Positions 24,901-36,974 of a stretch of 41,922 bases of DNA are shown in pieces. The stretch's first letter is position 1, and each line of letters begins with the position of its first letter. The notes below the pieces were generated by a model that had not been told where the DNA came from, ran no database searches, and saw nothing but the letters and a program-made list of their open reading frames with translations. Both the position numbers and the translations under genes were made by a program. The stretch spans positions 88,002,978-88,044,899 of the forward strand of contig NC_068981.1 in the NCBI RefSeq assembly GCF_001194135.2. Reading direction: 5' to 3'. This DNA comes from Octopus bimaculoides (Eukaryota).

Positions 24901-27428
24901 TTAGTGTCTTTAATTTGTTTGTTGTTGTGGTTGTGTGTGTGGGATAGCTTGTGTTTCAGGTGTTAGAGGTGGTGGTGTCGATGCAGTGTTTGTTTTGAGT
25001 GTATTTTTGTTGTTTTGATTTTTTCTTTCTACTTCTTGTGTGGATAAGGCTTGTTGTTGTTTGTCCATATGCTTGTTTTTCCTTCTGTCTCTTTTCCATT
25101 TTTTTTGTTTTTATCTTTCATGCAGTCTGACTCTTCACCTGTGATGTCCATCTGCTCTGCATCAGGAAGTGGAGTATCTTCGGATGCTGAGAAGTGTTTG
25201 GGGAAACTCAGTGTTGGTGGTGCCATGGCTGAATCTGATGATGGTGATGGTGCTGCTGCTGTTGTTGCCGGAGTTTTGGTGGCCGTTGTTGGTGTAGGGA
25301 AGAGAGGTGCTAGTCTCTCATTTTCCTTCAGTCTAGGGCAGCGGGTTTTTAAATGGTTAGTTGAAAAGCAGGCGTGGCACTTTGCTTTCCTTCGAACTAC
25401 CCTGACTGGAATTAATCTGTCTCCAGAAAGAACGATATGGTCCGGGATGAGATCCACATTCTTTTGTGTTGTTTGAATAAGGAGTTCCATGGTCATCCTA
25501 GACCAGTTCTCCTTTTTGGTCTGATAGGCTTCGAAGATTTTCAAGTTTTCCTCGATGTCTACTGTCACTGCAGTAATTAGCCAAGGAATGGTTATTTCTG
25601 GCAGCACCTGTTGAATTATTATTTTGGCCAGTCTCTGACCACAGTAGAAAGAAACTAACAACAGCTTCTCGCTTATGAGGGATGAGAGTGATGTTTGGCT
25701 TCTTCCTTGGTGTGGAATTTAATGTCCACCATTCTATAGGCCCTTCCTCACTGTATATATTCCTTTAAATTCCAGATGGAACCTAAAGCTTTTTGTATTT
25801 GAGCCTCTGTGACTCTTTGCACACTCCTTGATTTTAACCTGATTGTATGGTACGTCCCTGTATTGTGAATTGTATCCTGGATTGTCTCAGGTGGGGTATT
25901 CAACTTTACAGCTATTCTGTCTCTCTCGACTAGCTGTCTAGCATATTTAAGTTCCTCTTCAGAGAATTGTATTCTCTGAAGAGATGATTTGGTTACTCCA
26001 GCAAAAGAAGGTTTTGAAGAGCTGTTCCAAGCCGTTGCACCAGTTTGTGTCTCAGCTCCTTCATTACCGTTGTCATTGTTGCTTTTGTTGTGGTCGTTGA
26101 TGGTGCTGCTGATGTTGTTGCTGTTGTTGTTACTTGTACTGAACTTGATCGTTGCTTTGCTCATGAAAGGGCTCTCGTCTACGTTTTCGAAATTGTTATA
26201 TTCATTTCGAAACATGTCAAAAATAGAGCTTTTGCTTTTCTGAAGATCTTCTAAGAGATCCTTCTTGAAAACATTGGCTGTGTTAGCCTTTTTGTTTTTT
26301 TTTTCAACAAAAATACTGCCACTTTCTGTTGTGTTTTTCCAGCCCCAAGTTGCTTTACATGCAGTCTCTCTCATTGATGTCTTGTGACACTCCTCACTCC
26401 CCACCTCTCACATATAAGCCTCACCATGTTTTGTATCAGAAAGCATCATGGGGAATATAAAGGAAATTCGAATAGAGCACCCAGTAGAGCTGTTACAAAA
26501 GGTTTGCTTCCTTGGCACGGCCAGAATAATCAGGAAAGCATTAGATAGCCGAAAAGAACGGCAAATTTTGGCACAAGGCCAACAGTTTTGAGGAGGGGGT
26601 TAGTCGATTACATTGACCCCAGTGCTAGACTTGTACTATTTTACTGATCCTGAAAGGATGAAAGGCAAAGTCAATCTTGGCAGAATTTGAACTCAGAATG
26701 TGAAGACAGATGAAATGTTGCTAAACATTTTGCCTGGTGTGCTAACAATTCTACCAGCTCACTGTCTTTAATAACAACAGCAACAACAATAATAGTGGAG
26801 GTGATGGTTATTATGATGGTGATGGCATAATTATAAAAAGCTAAGTTGGTTTTAAAAAGGGATGTTGACTAAAGAATTTGCTTCTGGCAAGAATCATGTT
26901 CTGTGTTCTTACTGTTAAAAGACAATGGAAATGATATTTTTTTTCTTTTAACAAATTTTTAAATATTTTCGTGGGTTAAATGAATGTTTGAATTTAGAAA
27001 TTTTACCGTGATTATGGGTACACTTATTCTTCAGACATCTTTCTTCAATGGGATCTTCTACTGTAGAGTAAAAATAAACTATCTATTTTTCACTTACATA
27101 GATTGAGTGTTAGGGTGAAATTTAACCATTTAGCACTTAAACCAGCCATATCCGGCCAAAATATTCTACCTGTTTTATGTTCAAACTGACCAGATCTGGC
27201 CTTCTTATGCCAACCCTATGATATCATTCTAAAAATTAATAGTTACCTCATCAACATCTCAAACCTACAACATAATGCATGATTAATTCAAATCAATGTG
27301 AATAAACAAACATAATATTTGACAGAGTAATCTGAATGCTAAAGGGTTAAATTGAGTAATGAGGGCTGCGCGAGAATAAACAAAATACTTGAAGCAATAT
27401 ATGGACATGATGAAATGAAATAATAATT

Positions 27429-27475
<47 letters not shown>

Positions 27476-27603
27476 NNNNNNNNNNNNNNNNNNNNNNNNN
27501 NNNNNNNNNNNNNNNNNNNNNNNNNNNNNNNNNNNNNNNNNNNNNNNNNNNNNNNNNNNNNNNNNNNNNNNNNNNNNNNNNNNNNNNNNNNNNNNNNNNN
27601 NNN

Positions 27604-27671
<68 letters not shown>

Positions 27672-30600
27672 TGTTATAGTACAGTGATAAGAAAACTGCA
27701 TTTCTTGAAGCACAAGATGAGTGTCATTAATTTTCTGGAGTGATATTCAATAGGTGTCAACCATCACAACACATTATATACACACTTCAGAATCAATACA
27801 TTATTATTTAAATCAATGTCGAAACTTTTAACAGTTTACAAATTAAAATTCAGAAACTTTCAGACCACTCACCTTTGATAATTTCGGTCTGTCATAAGGA
27901 ATACACTCTTCTTTTGAAGCTAGTATAATTTTACCTGTAAAACCTTCTTGCCTCAGAGTTTCAGCACAAATCAAAGAAGCTGGACCTTAAATAAATAAAC
28001 ATACATATACATGTATACACAAATATAAACAGTAACCAGGGGAACATTCTTAACTCAATAGATTTATAAATATATTTAGTAATACAAAATCAGGAGAGGT
28101 AGGAGATAAATATGCAAAAATGCATGTAATTAATCAATTAACTCATCAATAAAGATGGATAGCTATATAAAGAAAGAAAGAGATCAATGCATGGAGAGGG
28201 ACTGAGAGAGAGAGATAAAGAGAAAGGAGGTTCTATGTGATCCTTGGACACATTAAATCTAGCAGCTAAAACTTAAAGATGGTAGAATACAATTTGAAGA
28301 AGCTTTATTTGCAAGTTCTGGGTGAAGGGGTCATGTAGAGGTTTTTTTAGTGGTGTGATGATGTTTTAACAATGTTGGGTAGATGTGATTGTAGATGTTT
28401 AGGGGTTAGAGTGTGCTGTGAGCAAAAACTGGGTCGCTCACATGATTTTTCATTTTTAAGTGTTTTTGATTGGTTAGGTCAGTGATCTGTGTGTAACAGG
28501 TAATAATGCGAAATATGCTGTTTTGTATTCTTTGTTGATTATAATTTGTTCAGGAGATGATGTTGGAGAACCAGGCAAAACTGACAAAATTCACAATGGA
28601 TCTAATGCATTGTTTGTACACTTACATCATCCTAAAATGGTTGAATATGAGACAACTGTAATATGCAAAAGGACAGGATGGTCACATTTAGATTGCCAGT
28701 TGAACAATGAAAATTCAATACATAGAAATGCATATTGACAGAAGTAGATGAAGGGAGAGAAAGGATCAACAACTACCAAAGAGAGACAAGAAATGAAGAC
28801 CCAAAAGTCTCAAAATATAGGTTGAATGAGATGAGAGACTAAGACTGACCTCCACCAACTAAGAGGTTAACCTCATTTGTTGCACTGGAATATTTCACCA
28901 TTGGTTTCACTCTCCGGAATTCTTTCAGTTTATCTTGGGGAACAGTCAATTTTACTATAGCATCCTCAACTGTCACCTGAAATATAAAACATAGTAAACT
29001 CACATTTAACACATCTTTGGATAGAAAGGTTCAGGAATTAACATGGCTTATACATTGATGCCAATATTGATAAACACAATGTGTGTGTGTGTGTGTATAT
29101 ACACACACACACACACACACACACAGTATATACAGATGTAACAATCACATGTCTAAAACAACAAATCAAAGAAGTTTGGCAGCCATTGTTCTATGGTAAC
29201 TGGCTGCCATTTCAATGGTTTCAAATTCTGGCACAAGGCCAACAATATTGGGAGGAGGATAGTTGATTACATCAACCCCAGTGTTCAACTGGTACTTATT
29301 TTATTGACCCTGAAAGGATGAAAGGCAAAGTTGAGATCAGCGGAATTTTAACTCAGACTGTATAGATGAATGAAATGCCGCTAAGCATTTTGCCTGGCAT
29401 GCTAACAATTCTGCCAGCTTGCTACCTTCATTTCAACAGTAACTTTCCACTTTGATTGTCTTTATGCAACTGCCTCTAAATAAAGTGAAGACCTGACCTT
29501 GAATAGCATGGTAATATACACCAGAATACAATACATACGAGGGGGTGCTGAAAAGTTCCTGGCATTAAGGGTATTGCAAAAGGCCTGGTTGGAGGCCCAA
29601 CCTTCTGAGTTCTTTTACAGGGCTTAGAAAAACTGAAAGACTGCTGCAAAAAGTATGTGGATCTGAGAGGGGAATATGTTGAAAAAAATCATAATTAACT
29701 GACCCTCTATTTTCTTTTATCCAAAGAACATGTCAGCACTCCTTCATATATTATAGAGCTGCTAGAAATAGTCAGATTCTCTTAAATCCCACCCCTACCG
29801 TTTTAAGAGAGGAAAGACACATTAGACAGTATAGTCGTAGATAATTCTAAAATGACAGGGTAGTCAAGGACAGAATGCATTTGATGATGGGTTTTTTCAA
29901 TCAGGGCTAACATGGGACTGAGTGACAACAATGTAACCAAGAATAAAAGAAAGAAAAGTTCTAATGTTAAGAATAAAAGGAAAGGGTTAAACCAGATCAG
30001 TGGTTCTCAACCAGGGTCCACATCAGATGCTCATGCATCTTCTTCTCCAGATACGTTGACGACATACTTATCATCACGTCCTCCAGGAATGAGGCCATTA
30101 ACATACACCGGGCCTTCAATAACACCGACATAAACATCAAATTCGAGATTGAACACCCAGATGAATCCGGAACCTTCTCTCTACTCAACTTTCAACTCAA
30201 GATCACAGAGGAAGGCTCCATATTTACCAAATTCTACAGAAAAGTTGCTAATAGAAAACTTTTTGTCCACTACTAATCAGCCTTACCCACCAGAGCCAAA
30301 GCTGCATACGTGAGAAACAAGATTGCACATATAAACAACAATTGCAGCAACGTGACCAACAAAGTCGTCAGCACCAAACTCTGAATGGCTACCCACCATC
30401 TTTAGCTAAACAACAGCACCTAAAGAACATCAAGGTCAATAAACCCTGGACGAACCATCATACTTACAAGTCCAACACCTGCTTCCTAAAGCTACCACAC
30501 CTTGACGACAGAACTACTGCAGTGATACAACACACAGTCTGCAGGGAAGGACTCTACATACAGATAGTGCACACTGGCCCTTCCCTGAAAAAAACTCCGT

Positions 30601-33600
30601 CCAAGAACAACACCTCTCACTACTCTGAGGAGTGTACATTGTCGAACTACCCCATCAATGACCCTGAATTGTGCCAGAGGACCTATGTTGTATATGAGAT
30701 CATCTGTGGCAAATGTGGTGCATCCTACAGAAGAAGCACGACAAGGAAACTGCATATATGCATTAAGGAACACATGCAGGCAGACATTTTCATGAAGAAA
30801 CACCTACAGAAATGTCAGACCCAGGAATTCACAGTGCACATCAAGGCAACACAGTGGAACGGGGGCAACCTTAGAATCTCTGAGGCCATCCTCATACACC
30901 AAAAGAAACCTAAGATCAACAACAGAAGAGAGTTACAGGAAGCTAGCTGGTTGCTATAGCAACACCTTTCCGCGCGTGTCCACTCCACACACGCTCACAC
31001 ATTGGCAACATTCATCTATTTCTTGAAAATGGGATCATAACCTCGAAACATTAAATACAAAGTAAGTCTACATTAATTCACATATTTGTTTTCTTTTGAT
31101 TTACCTTGCATTCACTTCGCATTGTTTTGGCCTTACCCACTATCCTTTATAATATATATTCTACATAATGCTTCATAGTAATTATCCCATACACATACAT
31201 ATTATAATTATCCTGCAGGTTTCTTTCAGTTTCCATCTTCCAAATCTACAAACAAAGCTTTGGACAGCCTGGGGCTATAGTAGAAGACACTTGCCCAAGG
31301 TACTGTACAATGGGACTGACCACAAGACCACATGATTGGGAAGTAAGCTCTTACCCACACGGCCATGTTTGGGCTTCTACACAGTTTGCACCTACCAAAT
31401 TCACTCATAAGGGGTTGGTTGGCCCAGGGCTATAGTAGAAGACACTTGCCCAATATGCTGCACAGTAGGACTGAACTAGTTGCAAAGTGAGAGCTTCTTA
31501 ACCACACAACCAACCCACCAATTCCAAATGGTAGTTGGAAGGGTTAGGGAGAGAATGGGACACAATATAGCATGTGAAGGCTGAAGATAATTTCAGATAA
31601 TGTCAGCTGTGGTAAAGTAAGGTAAAATTACCTTTTTTGAGTTATGCCGACTGATAAGGGCCAGTTTCCCAGTTTCATGGTGTATATATTCCCCACCTGG
31701 ATGGGACGTTGGTCCGTTGCAGTATTACTCATTTCTGCCAGCTGAATGGATTAGAGCAACGTGAAATGAAGTGTTTTGCTGAAGAACACAATGTGTTGCC
31801 CGGTTGTGCTCAAGAACACAGTGCATTGTTTGTTCCAGGAATCGAAACCACATTCTTACAATCATGAGTCCAAAACCCCAACCACTAAGCCATGCACCTC
31901 TACAACTCAGCTGTGAGAAACAAATGGAGTATCATCATAATCATCATTAACAGCAGCATTATCAAAATATGTTATATGAAATGAGTTTATGTAGCGTTTT
32001 AGGCATACAAAAAAGCAATACTTACTTTGAATGTGTGCAGACTGTCTAGTCCTGGGAAGTCTTCAATATCACCAGTTTTCACATCAAAGCAAGCACCATG
32101 AAAAGGACATCGAATCCTTCCATTGCAATAGGCACCTGAGAAATGGAACAATTCAAGGGTGTAAGTTAAATAATGATGCTGAATTAAAAATTGCACAAAT
32201 TTGGTTGACAAATTGGTAACTAATGGCTACAAGAGAGCAGCAGTAAGTTGAAAAAAAACTCCAAATACTTAGTGATTCTTTACCTCATCAATTTCATTAC
32301 CATCATCATCATTGTAAATTGTGTCAATTATCTGTACTGACATAGGCTTTCTTGGTTACTATACTGCTGGCTTCAACAGACTGCATTATCTACAAATTCA
32401 TCTATGATGCATAGCTCATTCTAGTGGCAGTGAAACCCATACCCAATGTATCATTGAGATACCATTGAGGATTTTTGACCTTACATAGTGTATTTGAAAC
32501 AACTCAGTTTGGGAAACTTAATTCATCTCAAAATTTACTCATGAGAAAAGTTGCACCCAATATTGTAAACCCAGCGAAATGTCAATTGTTCTGTACCCCA
32601 ACTACTCAGCAGTGAGCTATACTTTCACATGTTAAGTATTTACAATGACCTATTAAGTATAATGAGAGATAATATTTATCCCCACTCAAATGTGGATGTT
32701 TTGTTTGAACAAACTATACAACAGTAGATACCATGAGAGAAACTCTCACATAGGCTTTTGGTGCAAAATGCATGCCTGTTTATATCGCTATCGGGGAAAT
32801 AAATCCCCGTCATCTCCAGTACTGAGACCACTAGATCATATGATTTCGACCTTCCTTGGTCTTGACAATGCTGGGTGCTCAACCGCTAGAGATAAAAGAG
32901 GATCATCTCCCCTCAGTGACATATAGAGAGACAGTGCTTGAACAGGTGCTGGTGTTGCGATTAGCTAGTGAGCTTGCTGAAAAATATATATATTAATTAA
33001 GTATATTGTTACAGACATATTGTTGTCTCCAATAGATTCAGCCAACTGTGACACTTTCAAATCAGTTTTGAGGATTCATCAAACAATACACACAATATAA
33101 TTGGCAACATGCAAATTGGCTTTAAAGTATAAATCTGCTGATATTAATGAGGGGAATAAATTTTGACTTTAATAACAACAACAACAATCATGTGGTGAGA
33201 AACCCATGACAGCAGTAGAAATAATAATCATACAAAGATTAAGTTATAACTAAGACAACAACAACAACAACAAAACAAATGAATGAAAGCAACATTTATA
33301 ACAAGAACTACTTGAAAACTCATTTCTAAGAACCACAGCAATCTACTTTAAGACAATAACCATAAAACATTTAAAATATGATAAAGGAATTCATTTATAA
33401 GTGAAATTCTTTATTCTTCCTTTAACTAAGATCCTTGCTGAAAGTTTCAATATTTTTATGTTAAAACAGTTTTGAGAACTCTTGGGTAGGATGTCAATCC
33501 AATTCAGAAGATATGGTAACTGTCCTAACAGTTGGGTGAAATGATGTATATAAATTATTAAGCCTGTAACAAAAAAAAATTTCCGGTGAGTTTGAACTTA

Positions 33601-34709
33601 AGGGTTTGGATATTTGGTTTCTACGCACAAACTGTAAAAAATAGTCATTCAAGCTTTAAAAAAAAAAAAAAAAACTTTTTGTAGCAATTATTGAAGTTGT
33701 AATGGTTCATGTGTGTTTGGCTAGTATGTAAACAAAAACAACTGAAATGTTACCATTGGCCAGTGGTAATCCATAGTGAGTACATTTTGATCCAAAAGCA
33801 AAAACTCCATTTTTTTCTTTAACAACCAGCACTTTTTGGTCTCCAACAGCAACTTCTTTGACCCTTAAAATTTAAAAACAAAAATGAGGAAATATAAACA
33901 GACAATGAAATTTTACAACAGTTCACTTTCTTCTAAAGTTTTAATATATGAATATCATGGTCAACTTTCTGAAGCGCCATCAATTTTTAAGCAACTAAAT
34001 AGGTGGATGAATGTAATTTCTTGCATTAGTTTGAAATCTCATGTTTTCAGATACACTTCTTGTATCTCTTTAGTTTTTGTAGCAGATGAGAATAGAAACA
34101 AAATACCACCCCCATCCCTCAAAAATTCCTTTTGACAGGATTTCACTCTATTGCAGATACATTTTCTTTTGGAAAGAATTGAACTCAGCAGGTTAATGTC
34201 AATCTTTCAATGCATCTGCTACCTACAATAGTAAATTACACCAGCTTTCAATATATACTTGGAGCTTATTATTGACTTGTAGAGACAACATATTTTGTTA
34301 TGCAACCACAATATACTACAAAGTATATTAAATGCTTTTATAAGTTAATACTGTGTTATAATTTCTATAGAAAATCTGTTGAGATAACTTTAAGCTATTT
34401 AGAGCTATGTGTACTTGGCAATGGTAACTTAGTCACCTGCATAAGAATGCCAGAAGTTTTCATCCTCCAACAATTTTGGTGAACGTAATATTATTGAATT
34501 TTTTTCATTTGAGATGCCTGCTTCAGGTTCCATTAATCTTTTCGATCAGAAATGTTCTGTAAGTCCTTTTCTTTGCGATGTATTCAGCATATTCACAACA
34601 ACTCACCAAAACACTTCAAACACTAACTCACAGATGTCCAGTTTTTTTGTCTCAGATTCTTCTACAGTTAATACAAAAGAATCTTACCTCCTAAAGTGTT
34701 AACCATTGA

Positions 34710-34740
<31 letters not shown>

Positions 34741-36935
34741 GAATTACTTTTCAGACACACCCTGGCCTACCACCTGATATATGCCCAAAGCTAAGAAACA
34801 GAATTACCTTTTGGACACGCTCTGGTCTACCACCTGATGTACGCCCAAAGCTAAGAACTGTAGCTTCCCTAAATCGCAACTCTATGCCACAGGAAAGCTT
34901 TAGCCTACGCGACGATGGGCAAATATGGAAATTCGTCAAGTCTGGTGAGTCATGGATAAGGGATATCAGTTGGTCTGAGCATACTGCACCCATAATAACT
35001 GGCACTACAAAAATAATGGGAAACTAAACAAGAACAATCAGCCATCCCCTGTATATCATCATCTGAAATCCAGATACAAACTCTTTATGCAACAAGATAC
35101 ATCTTTTTGACTCTTACGTCAAAAGTATCGACCCAGATTTCATCACAGTCACAGAAACATGGGCACATTCTGCACTCTGTGATGGGGTTTTCAGCATAGC
35201 CGGCTACAACCTGTTCCACAAAGACTGCATTAATCGCTGTGGTAGGGGTGTGATGGTCTACGTTCTTCTTTTATATTGGTGTAATTGACCATCATTGCTT
35301 CTGTTTTTATATCTGCAGTGGTAAAAAAGTCAGTTGGATTGCTGACTTGAAAGTGCCCTAGGGGTGGAGTGAAAACACTTTTGAATTGCTCATTTAGCTC
35401 TGGGGTTAGATTTTATATTGTCTATAGCCCAGGCTTCTTTGTCTGCTCTTTCTTTTTCGTGGGAGAGTTGCAGATTTTTTTCAATCTCCAGCAGTTGTCT
35501 TTTCATGCAGGACTTTTCACTGCTTTCAATTTGTTTGTTTAGGCAATTTGAAACTTTTGTACGCCGTCTCTTAAGAATTTTCCTCTCCCTGCGGATTTTG
35601 TTCTTGTGTACAGTGGCCTTTCTCTCCAGGACACATTTGTAGGATATGGCTTGCATTACAGACATGAATTGTTTAAGCTTCATGTCGATGTCCGGTGAGG
35701 AGAGACATTTAGGCCAGTTTTGATTGAGGATCTATTTCTCAATTTGTTTCCAGTTCGCCTTATGGAAGTTCAAATTGGAAAGATTCTGAGAGTTTCTTGT
35801 AGGCTGCATGTCCATGGTTTCCTTTGGTCCGTATATATATATATAGATAGATACACATGCGTAAGCTTGCAAGGAATGAAGCCAGTATACTCCGATGGAT
35901 GTGTAATGTCAGTGTGCATACTAGACAGAGTGTAAGTACCTTGAGAGAAAAGNNNNNNNNNNTGTCAGTGTGCATACTAGACAGAGTGTAAGTACCTTGA
36001 GAGAAAAGTTGAACCTAAGAAGCATGAGTTGTGGTGTGCAAGAGAGACGATTGCACTGGTATAGTCATGTGGCAAGAATGGATGAGGATAGCTGTGTGAA
36101 AAAATGCCACACTCTAGCAGTTGAGGGAACCTGTGGAAGAGGTAGGTCCAGGTAGACCTGGGATGAGGTGGTGAGGAACGACCTTCGAACATTGGGCCTC
36201 ACCGAGGCAATGACTTCTGACCGAGACCTTTGGAAATATGTTGTGCATGAGAAGACCCGGCAAGCCAAGTGAGATCTAAATCCAAGGCCTCTGTCAGGGG
36301 TGTAGCCAGCCCACTTATGCGTACCTTCCTTCATCGGACACTAAACTCTGCTTGTGAAGACCTGTTGAGGCAAGTGAAATCGAGCTAAATTCGACGACTG
36401 GCACCCATGCCTACGTCGTCTCCTTCATTGGACACTAAACTCGGCTTGCGAAGACATGTTGGGGCAAGTGAAAGCGAAATTGTGATCGCACCTGTGCCCA
36501 GCGTTGCCTTCCTAGCACTTCTACCGGTGGCACATGTAAAGACATTCGAGCGAGATTGTTGCCAGTGCCGCTGGACTGGTTCCTGTGCAGGTGGCACGTA
36601 AAATACACCATTTTGAGCGTGGCCATTGCCTGTACTGCCTGCCAGGCCTTCGTGCTGGTGGCACTTAAACGCACCCACTACACTCTCGGAGTGGTTGGCG
36701 TTAGGAAGGGCATCCAGCTGTAGAAACTCTGCCAAATCAGATTGGAGCCTGGTGTAGCCNNNNNNNNNNGCTGTAGAAACTCTGCCAAATCAGATTGGAG
36801 CCTGGTGTAGCCATCTGGTTCACCAGTCCTCAGTCAAGTCATCCAACTCATGCTAGCATGGAAAGCGGACGTTAAACAATGATGATGATATACATACACA
36901 CACATGTAGATATACATACATGAACACATACATGT

Positions 36936-36974
<39 letters not shown>

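Larger units (their letters stand above)
23062..26430 (-). mobile_element. L1/Tx1-clade non-LTR retrotransposon, internally deleted
   Basis: ORF1 remnant (26404-25029) with CCHC knuckle CHACFSTNHLKTRC; ORF2 remnant from YILTFEPLL through YADD, INQEKS, KLSLKG, GGL.MP to C-terminal CPRC..ETVLHALVQCP; AATAAA then (ATT)n at the 3' end. Confidence 0.9.

Noticed and set aside
28290-28740. Possible second Penelope GIY-YIG remnant (CSGDDVGEPGKT)
   Set aside because: Similarity too weak to call without a profile search
34607-34661. Minus-strand segment with good acceptor and gtgagt donors
   Set aside because: Gives a stop in phase 2, the phase of the host intron; no homology
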